Source: an uncultured SAR86 cluster bacterium (GTDB lineage: Bacteria; Pseudomonadota; Gammaproteobacteria; Magnimaribacterales; D2472). From it: a DNA stretch of 61,766 bases. The DNA lies in the NCBI GenBank assembly GCA_902635645.1, contig CACPON010000003.1, positions 1 to 61,766 of the forward strand, read 5' to 3'. Below, one piece after another: positions 48,449 to 58,978 of this stretch; position 1 is the stretch's first letter, and each line of letters opens with the position of its first letter. A program made the translations under genes and the position numbers. The notes beneath the pieces are model-generated. The model saw only the letters and a list, made by a program, of their open reading frames with translations. It did no database searches and had not been told where the DNA came from.

Positions 48449-49225
48449 TTTTTCAAAAAAATTTTCAGCGATCAAAGATTCCGGGTTTATTCTCTTCTTT
48501 TCTAAGTAAACAGACCAGTGCAAATGAGGTCCGGTAACTCTTCCAGTTGAACCGACCTCGCCAATAATATCTCTTTGATTTAAATAGTCACCAGCTTGGA
48601 CATGAATTTTTGACATATGACTATAAGAAGAGAGTAATCCAAATCCATGATCTAGAATAAGGTAATTTCCAGAATAGAAAAAATCACCAACAAGTATTAC
48701 TTTTCCTGGTGCTGGAGCTATTATTTCTGTACCTTCAGCAGCTGCTATATCTAATGCTAAGTGAGGAGATCTGGGTTGATCGTTTATATATCTTTGTTTG
48801 CCATATCTGCTTGAAATTATTCCATCAACAGGACTAATAAACTTAAGTGATGGTTTGATATCTGTTGAATAGCTATTTAACGACTCTCTTATCAGTTGAG
48901 ATTCTTTGTATGCTCTTTGTGAATCTTCTTCACTGAGATTAACTTTAGAAACATCTAAAATTGTAATTCTAGATTCACCAAAATCTTTTTTATTAATTTT
49001 TATTGGAACACAGTAGCTACTCAGAACTCTACTACCTTTTGAAAAAGGCGAAGGAATTATTGCATACTCAATATTATTAAAGGTGTAAAAAAATATTTCT
49101 TTATTTTTTATATCAGGACAAGTCGATATTTTGACTGCAACCATTTCACCAGGATCAACAACTATCTCACTTTTTAATCCAGATGAAATGAAAATGATAA
49201 AAAGTAGAAAGACCTTATAATGCAT
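48437..49225 (-). CDS. M23 family metallopeptidase
   Basis: HLALDIA (HxxxD), DHGFG, YSHM and GRVTGPHLHW motifs. Confidence 0.92.
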   Translation of the reverse strand: MHYKVFLLFIIFISSGLKSEIVVDPGEMVAVKISTCPDIKNKEIFFYTFNNIEYAIIPSPFSKGSRVLSSYCVPIKINKKDFGESRITILDVSKVNLSEEDSQRAYKESQLIRESLNSYSTDIKPSLKFISPVDGIISSRYGKQRYINDQPRSPHLALDIAAAEGTEIIAPAPGKVILVGDFFYSGNYLILDHGFGLLSSYSHMSKIHVQAGDYLNQRDIIGEVGSTGRVTGPHLHWSVYLEKKRINPESLIAENFFEKLFN

Positions 49226-50585
49226 CTTTTTTATTTTTAACTTCTATATCTATAAATCCTTTATTTAATCTTGCAGTTAAGTTTTCTCCAATTTTTACAT
49301 CAGCATTAGACTTTATTGCTTTACCAGATTGATTTTGAATAATTGAGTATCCTCTATCAAGTATTGAAAATGGATTAAGAATTTCGAGATTTTTCTCATA
49401 TTCTTGAATGAAGATAAGATTTCGATTTAAACAAGATTTAATTTCTTTTTGTATCATATTCTTAATATTGCCTAGCTTGATATTCAATTCTTGAATGTAG
49501 GCGCTTGGACTTTTTTCTTTAAATCTAATATTTAGAAGGTTTAATTTTTGTTTGTTTTGATTGAAGCTAATTTTAATATTCTGCTTTAACTGTAACTCAT
49601 AGCTATCAATTCTTTGATTCTGTTCTCTTAATATCACTAACGGGCTTCTAATTTTGCTTCTTAGAAATTCTAATTTTTGCTTTTGAGTTTTAAATGAGTT
49701 GGTCAATGCTCTTTTAAGATCAACATGTAAATCATTAATTCTATCCATAGCTTGAAAGTAAAACTCAGTAGCAATTTCTGCAGAAGCGGTTGGGGTAGGC
49801 GCTCTCATATCTGATACGAAATCGCAAATTGTAAAGTCTATTTCATGGCCTACACCTGAAATAGTTGGGATTGGAAATGATGCTATTTCTCGTGCAAGAT
49901 TTTCATTATTAAAACACCACAGGTCCTCAATCGATCCACCGCCTCTAGATAAAAGTACTAAATCAATTGGATTGTCTAGATTATTTTCATTAAATTTTAG
50001 AATCCTATTTAATGCATGAATAATTGCATTTGGTGCAGTGTCTCCTTGAACAACAGCTTGACTTAATGAAACTTGAGCAGATGGAGCTCTTCTTTGAATT
50101 GTGCTTAAAATATCTTGAAACGCTGCTGTAGATGATGAGGTAACTACTCCAATATGTTTGGGTGACTGAGGAATAGATAATTTCTTTGATAAATCAAACA
50201 ATCCTTCTGAGTCAAGTTTCTTTTTTAATTGTTCAAACTGGTGCATTAAATTTCCAGACCCAGCTTGTTCAATAGATTTAACCATCAGCTGATAACGACC
50301 TGTTGCAGGATATAAACTCACCTGTCCTTTGAGAATGCATTTATCACCATCTTCAGGGCGGAAGTTTAGCTTAGATGCTTGTGAACGCCACATTGCACAA
50401 CCTATAGCACCATCCTCATCTTTTAGCGTGAAATAAATATGACCCGAGCTAGGTCGAGACATATTTGATATTTCACCAATTACAGCGATATTTGCAAATG
50501 CATCTTCTAGCAGATATTTAGCAGACCTGTTTAGCTCACCAACTGAGATAATTTCTTTATTCTGCTCTACAATGTCATTTTGCAT
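49215..50585 (-). CDS. xseA: Exodeoxyribonuclease VII large subunit
   Basis: GEISN, SGHIYFTLKD, RGGGSIEDLWCFN, GVGHEID, RAPTPTA and LDRGY motifs. Confidence 0.96.
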   Translation of the reverse strand: MQNDIVEQNKEIISVGELNRSAKYLLEDAFANIAVIGEISNMSRPSSGHIYFTLKDEDGAIGCAMWRSQASKLNFRPEDGDKCILKGQVSLYPATGRYQLMVKSIEQAGSGNLMHQFEQLKKKLDSEGLFDLSKKLSIPQSPKHIGVVTSSSTAAFQDILSTIQRRAPSAQVSLSQAVVQGDTAPNAIIHALNRILKFNENNLDNPIDLVLLSRGGGSIEDLWCFNNENLAREIASFPIPTISGVGHEIDFTICDFVSDMRAPTPTASAEIATEFYFQAMDRINDLHVDLKRALTNSFKTQKQKLEFLRSKIRSPLVILREQNQRIDSYELQLKQNIKISFNQNKQKLNLLNIRFKEKSPSAYIQELNIKLGNIKNMIQKEIKSCLNRNLIFIQEYEKNLEILNPFSILDRGYSIIQNQSGKAIKSNADVKIGENLTARLNKGFIDIEVKNKKDAL

Positions 50586-50602
50586 AATCAAAGTATAACT
50601 TC

Positions 50603-51481
50603 ATGATTAAGAATTTACAGGGAACAAATTATTTTCTTATGCTTGCATTAGGGGCGACCCTAATTGGCTTTGCACCTATATTTGTAAAGTGGAGTGATTT
50701 GTCGCCTGCAGCTATCGCTTTTTGGAGAATGTTTTTAGCGATTCCTCTTTTAATAGGCTTTAATTATGCTGCAAATAAGAAAATATTTTTTAAGGTAAAA
50801 AATAAAAAGACCATTCTATATACTGCGATAGCATCATTAGCTTTTACAACTGACTTAGTTTTATGGCATTACAGCATGACCATTACATCTGTTGCTAATG
50901 CAACAATCATTGTAAATTCTGCACCAATTTTTGTAGCTCTTTTGGCATTCATTGTTTATAAAGAAATTCCCTCCAAGGGTTTTGGGATATCATTTTTAAT
51001 TACCTATATTGGGATAATAGGCCTAATAATTTTTTCAAATAATTATGCTAATGGAAAAGTTCTTGGTGATTTATTATGTATGGTTGCTGCACTATTTTAT
51101 GCAATTTATTTATTAATAATCTCAAAGCTAGGTAAAGAAACATCTTTAAACATTATTTTTTATACTACATTCTTTTGTTGCTTATTTTCTGTGATACCTA
51201 TGATGATTGATTCTAGACCTTATATTCCTGCTACTAACTTTGAATGGGTTAATCTTCTACTGATGGCTTTTTTATGTCAATTTGGTGGCCAATTCCTTAT
51301 TACTTATGGCATTGGAAAGATTTCTGCATCTAATGGCTCAATAGGTTTATTAATGCAACCCTTAACAGCAACTTTATTAGCTGCATTTATTTTTTCTGAG
51401 ATTTTAAATTTAATGCAGATAATATTTGTCTTTATAACACTTATGGGTATATATCTTGCAAGATTAAGCATTGTAAAATAA
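50603..51481 (+). CDS. DMT/EamA family transporter
   Basis: Ten hydrophobic segments; AFWRM, NSAPIFV, GDLL and LMQP motifs. Confidence 0.88.
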   Translation: MIKNLQGTNYFLMLALGATLIGFAPIFVKWSDLSPAAIAFWRMFLAIPLLIGFNYAANKKIFFKVKNKKTILYTAIASLAFTTDLVLWHYSMTITSVANATIIVNSAPIFVALLAFIVYKEIPSKGFGISFLITYIGIIGLIIFSNNYANGKVLGDLLCMVAALFYAIYLLIISKLGKETSLNIIFYTTFFCCLFSVIPMMIDSRPYIPATNFEWVNLLLMAFLCQFGGQFLITYGIGKISASNGSIGLLMQPLTATLLAAFIFSEILNLMQIIFVFITLMGIYLARLSIVK

Positions 51482-51499
51482 TTCATAAAGGTACTGCAT

Positions 51500-52030
51500 A
51501 TGTCAAAAATCTTAAAAGAAGTAATTATTTCAAACGAACAGTATGCAAAGAACTTTAATACAAAAAGTGAGTTGCAGGCTGCACCAATAAAGAAGTTTGC
51601 GATTCTTACCTGTATGGATGCAAGGTTAGATCCAGCTAAATTCGCAGGCTTATCAGAGGGTGACGCACATGTGATCAGAAATGCAGGGGGAAGGGTAAGC
51701 GATGACGCTATTCGCTCTTTGTTAATATCATATAAATTATTAGGCACAAAAGAATGGTTTGTTATTCATCATACTGATTGTGGCTTGGAAAAATTTTCTA
51801 ATAAAGATATTGATAAAGAATTTAATCTTGATTCTAAAAATAAAATAGATTGGCTTACATTTAATGATAATGAAAAAAGTGTTGTTGAGGATGTCCTTAA
51901 ATTAAAAAGTCATCCACTAGTTCCAAACTCAATTCCAATATATGGATATATTTATGATTGCAAAACTGGCAATTTAAAAGAGGTATTCGAAGCAACAAAA
52001 GCTGGCACTAAATTTAATTCAAGCACTTAA
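51500..52030 (+). CDS. Beta-class carbonic anhydrase (clade D-like)
   Basis: [21 protein letters not shown] and GYIYD..TG motifs. Confidence 0.92.
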   Translation: MSKILKEVIISNEQYAKNFNTKSELQAAPIKKFAILTCMDARLDPAKFAGLSEGDAHVIRNAGGRVSDDAIRSLLISYKLLGTKEWFVIHHTDCGLEKFSNKDIDKEFNLDSKNKIDWLTFNDNEKSVVEDVLKLKSHPLVPNSIPIYGYIYDCKTGNLKEVFEATKAGTKFNSST

Positions 52031-52090
52031 TATAGAAATAATAAAAATTTCTTTTGTATACTTTGAATTAATCAATATAATACGCAACGT

Positions 52091-52167
52091 GGGTGATTAG
52101 CTCAGTTTGGTAGAGCATCTCGTTTACACCGAGAGGGTCGGCAGTTCGATCCTGTCATCACCCACCA
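52091..52167 (+). tRNA. tRNA-Val(TAC)
   Basis: Acceptor GGGTGAT/ATCACCC, anticodon arm TCTCG-TTTACAC-CGAGA, GTTCGAT T-loop, CCA. Confidence 0.97.
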
Positions 52168-52222
52168 ATAATTAATAGTTGAATTATTATTTTTTAAATA
52201 TATTATTCGATTGTTAATAAGT

Positions 52223-52297
52223 GGTCCGGTAGTTAAACGGTTATAATTCCGCCCTGTCACGGCGGCGTTCGGGGTTCGATTCCCCGTCGGACCGCCA
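52223..52297 (+). tRNA. tRNA-Asp(GTC)
   Basis: Acceptor GGTCCGG/TCGGACC, anticodon arm CCGCC-CTGTCAC-GGCGG, G discriminator, CCA. Confidence 0.96.
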
Positions 52298-52304
52298 CTT
52301 AATT

Positions 52305-52712
52305 ATGAATATAGTTGTTTTAAGTCTTTTAATATTATGTTACTCATTGGTTCTGGGCATAATATTCGCTCAAGTACTTCTTACTGCCCCAGTGGTATTT
52401 AAAGTTTTAGATGATCAAAATGCGTCTAATTTCTTAAGAAAAATCTTTCCAAGGTATTATTTTTTAATCTTACTAATCGCATTGGTTGCCTTATTAATTA
52501 GTTATCTTTTCTTTAAAACTATTGATATCTATTTTGCTCTTACCGCTGTTTCATTTGCATTTATTGGATATGTCATCATACCCTTAACAAATATTGCTAG
52601 AGATAGAGGTTGGGATAGGTTATTTAAGTTTTTTCATAATTTAAGTGTATTTAATACCCTTGTAATTTTTATAGTCTCAGTAGTTCAAATAGTAAGAGTC
52701 ACATATCTATAA
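52305..52712 (+). CDS. DUF4149-like membrane protein
   Basis: APVVFKVL, FLRKIFPRYY and FKFFHNLSV motifs. Confidence 0.75.
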   Translation: MNIVVLSLLILCYSLVLGIIFAQVLLTAPVVFKVLDDQNASNFLRKIFPRYYFLILLIALVALLISYLFFKTIDIYFALTAVSFAFIGYVIIPLTNIARDRGWDRLFKFFHNLSVFNTLVIFIVSVVQIVRVTYL

Positions 52713-52775
52713 ACCCAATTAACACTTGAATTTTCTTTATTAAATATTATTTAAAGGATATTAGAGAGGATTAAC

Positions 52776-54602
52776 ATGGCAAGATCAAAAACTAAATCAT
52801 TTCAAACAGAAACAAAGCAGCTTTTAAAGCTGATGATTCACTCACTTTATTCTAATAAAGAAATTTTTATTAGGGAGCTTGTATCTAATGCATCAGATGC
52901 AATAGATAAACTTAGATTTAAATCTGTAGAGGATAAATCTATTGCTAAATATACCAAAGATCTAAAGATTGACGTTCAAGTGCTTAAAGAAGAGAACAAA
53001 ATTATTATTTCTGATAATGGTATAGGAATGAATGAAGATGAAATAGTTTCAAATATTGGAACAATTGCAAGATCGGGTACAGCATCTTTTCTAGAAAATA
53101 TTACAGGTGATAAGAAAAAAGACTCTAATTTGATTGGTCAGTTCGGTGTTGGTTTTTATTCAGTGTTCATGGTTGCCGATAAAGTTCAAGTTATTTCTAA
53201 ATCTGTATTCGAAAAATCTGACTCAGCTATCATGTGGGAAAGCTCTGGTGAAGAAAAATACAAACTTTCTGACGTCACAAAAGACTCAAATGGTACTGAT
53301 ATTGTTATCTATTTAAACGACGATAATAAAGAGTTTGCTGAAGAAGGGAGAATCAGATTTTTGCTTGAGAAGTATTCACAGTATATTAATTTCCCCTTAA
53401 ATTTAATTGGCGAAGACTCTGAATCAAAAAGAATTAATGATGCTGATGCTCTATGGCTAAAGTCTAAAAGATCAATAAAAGATGAAGAGTATAAAGAATT
53501 CTATAAATTTATTACTTATGACCAGGAAGACCCTTTGCTTTGGGCTCACAATAAAGTTGAAGGTAAAAATGAGTATACAAATTTGTTATACATACCTTCA
53601 AAGCCACCTTTTGATCTTTGGAACCGTGAATCCCCAAGGGGTGTAAAACTTTACATCCAGAGGGTATTTATTATGGATGATGCCTCTAACTTCTTGCCAC
53701 TATATTTAAGATTTGTAAGAGGTATTATCGATACTAATGATTTGCCACTAAATGTTTCTCGAGAAATTCTTCAAGAGCATCATCTTGTAGATACAATAAA
53801 AAAAGCGGTAACAAAAAGAATGTTGGATTCTCTTAAGGCGCTTAAAAAAGAATCTTTTGATAAATATAAGAACTTTTGGAACGAATATGGATTAGTTTTA
53901 AAAGAGGGACCCGCAGAAGATAGAGAAAACAAGGATACGATAGCAAGTTTATTGTTATTTGCTTCAACATATGCAAATAGCAAAGATTGCGATCAAACTC
54001 TTGATGATTATTTAGAACGAATGGGCGATGACCAGGATAAGATATATTACTGCGTAGCAGATACATATGAAGCAGCGGCTAATTCACCACATATTGAAGG
54101 CTTAAAATCCAAAGGAATAGAAGTTCTTCTCTTAACAGACAGAATTGATGAGTGGGTTATGGCTGGGTTAATGGAGTACCAAGGCAAAGAGCTTATTAAT
54201 GTAGCCAAAGAAGATATTGCTGATGATGAAGAGACAAAAAAAGTTTCCGAAGGAGATCAGGAAATTATCTCTAAAATCCAGAAGCACTTAGATGATAAAG
54301 TTTCAGATGTAATAATTAGCAAACGTTTAACAGATTCTGCTTCCTGCATTGTCTTGCCTAAGCATGAGCCTGGGGCCCAGTTAAGAAAGATACTTGAAGC
54401 CTCTGGTCAAACATTAGGATCATCTAATCCAATTTTTGAAATTAACATGAAACACAAATTAGTTAAAAAGCTTAAAGATATGAAGGGTAAGCAATTTAAT
54501 TCATTTGTAGACTTTCTTTATGATTATGCTGTCATAGCGGAAGGTGGATCGCCTCAAGATCCATCAAAATATTTGAGGCAGCTAGATAAGTATCTATCAT
54601 AG
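52776..54602 (+). CDS. htpG: Molecular chaperone HtpG (Hsp90)
   Basis: SLYSNKEIFIRELVSNASDA, DNGIGM, IGQFGVGFYS and DLPLNVSRE motifs; CTTGAA sigma32-like -35 at 52725. Confidence 0.97.
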   Translation: MARSKTKSFQTETKQLLKLMIHSLYSNKEIFIRELVSNASDAIDKLRFKSVEDKSIAKYTKDLKIDVQVLKEENKIIISDNGIGMNEDEIVSNIGTIARSGTASFLENITGDKKKDSNLIGQFGVGFYSVFMVADKVQVISKSVFEKSDSAIMWESSGEEKYKLSDVTKDSNGTDIVIYLNDDNKEFAEEGRIRFLLEKYSQYINFPLNLIGEDSESKRINDADALWLKSKRSIKDEEYKEFYKFITYDQEDPLLWAHNKVEGKNEYTNLLYIPSKPPFDLWNRESPRGVKLYIQRVFIMDDASNFLPLYLRFVRGIIDTNDLPLNVSREILQEHHLVDTIKKAVTKRMLDSLKALKKESFDKYKNFWNEYGLVLKEGPAEDRENKDTIASLLLFASTYANSKDCDQTLDDYLERMGDDQDKIYYCVADTYEAAANSPHIEGLKSKGIEVLLLTDRIDEWVMAGLMEYQGKELINVAKEDIADDEETKKVSEGDQEIISKIQKHLDDKVSDVIISKRLTDSASCIVLPKHEPGAQLRKILEASGQTLGSSNPIFEINMKHKLVKKLKDMKGKQFNSFVDFLYDYAVIAEGGSPQDPSKYLRQLDKYLS

Positions 54603-54604
54603 CT

Positions 54605-55624
54605 ATGAGTGCAATAAAAAAAATTGCAGTTTTAGGTGGTGGTAGCTTTGGAACTGTTCTGGCAAACATAGCAGCATCTAATGGTTACGATGTTTCATTA
54701 TGGGTTAGAGATTCAGATCAGGCTTTAAGAATTAATTCTGAAGGAGCAAATACTACATATCATCCTGAGCTACAGTTATCATCGAATATTGAGGCTTCAG
54801 AAAAGTTAGAGTCAGTGGTTAAGGATGCAAATATAGTTCTTATAGCAACACCAAGTTTAATATTTGAAAATATAGTAAAAAGAATTGCACCCATAGTAGA
54901 GAAGGGAGCACATATTATTTCTTGCACCAAAGGAATTAAATTAGATCCATTTAGGTCAATGTCCGATATCATTAAAATAAACATGAATTCTTCAGAGAAT
55001 AGTGTTGGAGTATTAAGTGGTCCAAATCTTGCTAAAGAGATTGCTGAAGAAAAAGTAACTGGAACAGTAATAGCAAGTAGTGATGAATTATTAATTAATG
55101 ATGTAAAAGAAACACTCTCATCAGAAACATTTAAGATATATTCATCAGATGACATTCAAGGTGTTGAGCTAGCTGGAGCACTTAAAAACATATATGCAAT
55201 CATTTGTGGTATTGCTGAATCTTTGAAAGTTGGTGAAAATGCTGTTGGATTGATTCTTACAAGAAGCATGGCTGAAATGAGCAGATTTGCAGTAGCAAAG
55301 GGAGCTAATCCTATAACTTTTCTTGGACTTGCTGGAATGGGTGATTTGGTAGCAACCTGTACTTCTAATTTATCTAGAAATTTTCAACTTGGTATGCATT
55401 TAGGAAATGGCTTAAAGCTAGATGAAGCAAAATTAAAAGTTGGACAAGTTGCTGAAGGAATAAGAACCCTAGAGGTTATAAAAACAGAATCTGCTAACTT
55501 GAATATAAGTATGCCATTAGTAGATTCTTTATATAATATTGTCTTTAATGACGCATCATCAAAAACATTTATTGATGATCTTGTGAATAATCCACATGAA
55601 GTTGATGTAGAATTTACATATTAG
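54605..55624 (+). CDS. gpsA: NAD(P)H-dependent glycerol-3-phosphate dehydrogenase
   Basis: LGGGSFGT, SGPNLAKE, GALKNIYAI and GMGDLVATC motifs. Confidence 0.96.
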   Translation: MSAIKKIAVLGGGSFGTVLANIAASNGYDVSLWVRDSDQALRINSEGANTTYHPELQLSSNIEASEKLESVVKDANIVLIATPSLIFENIVKRIAPIVEKGAHIISCTKGIKLDPFRSMSDIIKINMNSSENSVGVLSGPNLAKEIAEEKVTGTVIASSDELLINDVKETLSSETFKIYSSDDIQGVELAGALKNIYAIICGIAESLKVGENAVGLILTRSMAEMSRFAVAKGANPITFLGLAGMGDLVATCTSNLSRNFQLGMHLGNGLKLDEAKLKVGQVAEGIRTLEVIKTESANLNISMPLVDSLYNIVFNDASSKTFIDDLVNNPHEVDVEFTY

Positions 55625-55633
55625 GTAAAAATT

Positions 55634-55999
55634 ATGACTCAAATAGAAATAGACAAGGAAGAAATTTTAAAAGGAAGTAAGTGGATAAGATTCTTATTCA
55701 TGATTCTTTACGGTTTTGTAATTAATTTTGTAGTTACTATATGTATAGGCTTAGCTATAGTTCAATTTTTATTTTATTTATTTACTTCAAAACCAAATGC
55801 ATCAATAGCAAATTTTAATTCTCATCTTTTAGAGTTTTTTCATGATTCTTTAGCATTTTTGTTATTTCAAACTGAAGATAAACCATTTCCTTTCAAAGAA
55901 AATGAAGTTGATGATGTTAGTAATGAAGATGAAGGTGAGGTTATAGAAGGAGAATTAGACACAGATACTTCTGAAGAAACTGAAGAAGTAAAAGAGTAA
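55634..55999 (+). CDS. DUF4389-like membrane protein with acidic tail
   Basis: WIRFLFMIL, VQF and TEDKPFPF motifs. Confidence 0.8.
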   Translation: MTQIEIDKEEILKGSKWIRFLFMILYGFVINFVVTICIGLAIVQFLFYLFTSKPNASIANFNSHLLEFFHDSLAFLLFQTEDKPFPFKENEVDDVSNEDEGEVIEGELDTDTSEETEEVKE

Positions 56000-56842
56000 T
56001 TAATTAGTCAATAGTTTTTTTGCAGACTGCATAGTATGTAGTATTAATGTATTAATAGTCATTGGGCCAACTCCACCAGGAACTGGAGTGTAAGCAGAAG
56101 ATATCTCATCCATATGATCTAAATCAATATCACCACATTTTTCTGGATGAAAACCTGCATCAATGACTATAGCACCTTGTTTAATCCATTCTGTCTTAAT
56201 AAATTTAGGTATACCTACTGCTCCAACAATAAGGTCTGCATTTTTAATTATGGTTTCGATATTTTGTGTTCTTGAATGGCATATTGTTACAGTGGCATTT
56301 AAATTTAGTAGCATCATGGCCATTGGCTTGCCTAATATAGGGCTTCTACCAACAACAACAGCGTTTAAACCTTGTACCTCAAGCTCATAATGTTTAATTA
56401 ACCTTATAATCCCAGCAGGCGTGCATGAGCCATATGCATTAATGCCCATGGACATATTTCCAAAGCCTAAACAGGTTACTCCATCCACATCTTTTTCAAT
56501 ATCAATAGCATCAAAACACCTTCTTTCATCAATTTGAGATGGAACTGGATGCTGTAATAAAATCCCATGAACATTTGGATTCTCATTTAGATCATTGATA
56601 GTTACCAGCAACTCTTCGGTAGTTGTGGATTCTGAAAGCTCAACAGCTATTGATTCCATTCCAACTTTTTTACATGTATTTCTTTTCATTCGAACATATG
56701 TTTCTGAAGCCGGGTCATTGCCAACAAGAATAGTGGCTAGAGTAGGATTTATACCCTTTGATATAAGCTCAGAAACTTCTGCTTTAATCTCTTCTTCGCT
56801 TAGAGAAGCTAATTTTTTACCATCTAAAATTTTTGCTGACAT
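56000..56842 (-). CDS. folD: Bifunctional methylenetetrahydrofolate dehydrogenase/cyclohydrolase
   Basis: [24 protein letters not shown] and [11 protein letters not shown] motifs. Confidence 0.97.
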   Translation of the reverse strand: MSAKILDGKKLASLSEEEIKAEVSELISKGINPTLATILVGNDPASETYVRMKRNTCKKVGMESIAVELSESTTTEELLVTINDLNENPNVHGILLQHPVPSQIDERRCFDAIDIEKDVDGVTCLGFGNMSMGINAYGSCTPAGIIRLIKHYELEVQGLNAVVVGRSPILGKPMAMMLLNLNATVTICHSRTQNIETIIKNADLIVGAVGIPKFIKTEWIKQGAIVIDAGFHPEKCGDIDLDHMDEISSAYTPVPGGVGPMTINTLILHTMQSAKKLLTN

Positions 56843-56921
56843 AAAATTATTATCGCATTTATGAATATTTATTCATATGATGATTGCTTATTTTTTAGAT
56901 AAACTTTAATATTTGCAACCT

Positions 56922-56998
56922 CGGGGTATAGCGCAGTCTGGTAGCGCACTCGCTTTGGGAGCGAGTGGTCGTAAGTTCGAATCTTACTACCCCGACCA
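56922..56998 (+). tRNA. tRNA-Pro(TGG)
   Basis: Acceptor CGGGGTA/TACCCCG, anticodon arm CTCGC-TTTGGGA-GCGAG, GTTCGAA T-loop, CCA. Confidence 0.97.
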
Positions 56999-56999
56999 C

Positions 57000-57076
<77 letters not shown>

Positions 57077-57098
57077 TTTTTTCTATATAATTTTTTAT

Positions 57099-58943
57099 AT
57101 GTTGTATATACATATAGCTTTATCATTTTTAGCAGTAATATTTTTTGTAAAATGTAATCTTAAAAATAACTTTTTAAGATTATTTTTTATAACTTTTATT
57201 TTTATAAATATTAATCTTTTAGGGATATATTATTTTTTTAACTTCCTTTCAGGTGATGGTTTAAATGAAGCAGTTATTTTTCATTTAGTTCATGGTATAA
57301 GTGGATTTGGAATCGATGAATATATTATTCCTGGCATCTTATTATTTTTATATTTCCTGAGCTCACTAATCATTTGTATATTTTTGTTTACTAATAGAAA
57401 TTTAAATTTCTTTTATTCAGAAAAATTAGTAATCACTGCGCCTATATTTATTATATTTTTCTTTACTAGCTTAGTCCTTAATCCTCTTTTAAAAGATATC
57501 AAAAATATATTTTTTTCTAATAATATTAATTCTATTAGTGAAAACAGCTATTATGATAATAGCGATATAAAATTTATTAAAAAATCTAAAAACATAATAT
57601 TTTTATATCTAGAACAATTTGAAAAAACATATACCGATAACTCTCTTTTTCCAGGTTTAACACCACACCTAAACAATCTTGAAAAAAAGGCAACAAGCTT
57701 TACCAATATAGAATCTCCTATGGGAACAAATTGGACTATAGCTGGAATGGTTGCCTCACAATGTGGAATTCCTTTACTTACAAATATAGAAGTCGCAAAT
57801 AATATGGGAGGCATGGATAAATTCTTAGTTTCTGCTCGTTGTATAGGCGATGTATTAAATGAAAAATCTTATGACTTAAATTATATAAATGGGTCTAATT
57901 TGGAGTTTGCTGGTAAGGGTAAATTTTACGAATCACATGGTTTTAATAAAGTTGAAGGCTGGGATGAGTTGAGGCATCGATTAATAGATAGCTCTTACAG
58001 ATCTCCTTGGGGTTTATACGATGATTCTTTATATGAGATAAATATAGATCGTTTGAATCAACTTAGAAATACTAATAGGCCATATGGTTTATTTACTTTA
58101 ACCCTGGATACTCATCATCCAAATGGCTATTTATCAAGTGCTTGCAAAGATATGTTATATGAAGATGGCAAAAACCCTATTCTCAACGCAGTTCATTGTG
58201 CCGATTATATGGCTGCACAATTTATAGAGGAAATCATTAATCATGAATCCTTTAAAAATACTGTTCTTGTTGTTTTATCAGATCACTTGGCATTAAAAAA
58301 TACAGCAACTCCAATTTTAAAAAATATTGATAGAAAGAATCTTTTATATATTTTTGCAGAAAATGCACCTCAAAGAAAAATAACGAAACCAGGAACAATG
58401 TTTGATGTTGCTCCAACTGTCTTGAGCATAATGGGAGCAAATACAACTGGCTTTGGTTTAGGAAGAAATCTTTTAATTGAAGATAGTCTTATCGAAGATA
58501 GCGATGGAATGAATAAAGTAATTGAAGATACAAGATCACAAATTGTATCTTTTTGGTCCTTTCCTAAATTAAAAAATGGCTTCGAAATATTACCTGATCA
58601 AAAAAAGATTATTTTTGGAACTAGATATGTAAATTTGCCTGCACTAATTTTGCTTGATGATAATAATGATACCCAAGAGATAATTTTTGATTTTCATTAT
58701 GCAAAGCCTTTAGAAAAAAGAGTTGCAGAACTTAAAGACTATCAAAAATATATTTGGGTTGATAGCTGTCAGAAAATTAGCCCAAGTATGCTTGCATCAG
58801 AAAATGAAGAATTAAATTACTGTTCAATTGCAGCTATTAAAAATAAGAAAAAATATCTTATTTATAAAAACCTTGAAGCTGTTAACAAAGAGATGATATT
58901 TGATTTTTTTAATAAGAATAAAAAATCATTTTTTGATAATTAA
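57099..58943 (+). CDS. Membrane sulfatase-fold phosphoglycerol transferase (MdoB/OpgB, LTA-synthase family)
   Basis: N-terminal TM helices; YLEQFE, WTIAGMVASQCG (catalytic Thr), WGLYDD, TLDTHHP and SDH motifs; ATG 57099 chosen because 57042 lies inside the tRNA. Confidence 0.85.
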   Translation: MLYIHIALSFLAVIFFVKCNLKNNFLRLFFITFIFININLLGIYYFFNFLSGDGLNEAVIFHLVHGISGFGIDEYIIPGILLFLYFLSSLIICIFLFTNRNLNFFYSEKLVITAPIFIIFFFTSLVLNPLLKDIKNIFFSNNINSISENSYYDNSDIKFIKKSKNIIFLYLEQFEKTYTDNSLFPGLTPHLNNLEKKATSFTNIESPMGTNWTIAGMVASQCGIPLLTNIEVANNMGGMDKFLVSARCIGDVLNEKSYDLNYINGSNLEFAGKGKFYESHGFNKVEGWDELRHRLIDSSYRSPWGLYDDSLYEINIDRLNQLRNTNRPYGLFTLTLDTHHPNGYLSSACKDMLYEDGKNPILNAVHCADYMAAQFIEEIINHESFKNTVLVVLSDHLALKNTATPILKNIDRKNLLYIFAENAPQRKITKPGTMFDVAPTVLSIMGANTTGFGLGRNLLIEDSLIEDSDGMNKVIEDTRSQIVSFWSFPKLKNGFEILPDQKKIIFGTRYVNLPALILLDDNNDTQEIIFDFHYAKPLEKRVAELKDYQKYIWVDSCQKISPSMLASENEELNYCSIAAIKNKKKYLIYKNLEAVNKEMIFDFFNKNKKSFFDN

Positions 58944-58978
58944 TTTTTTATATGGGCTTATAGTAAAATACTAAAATT

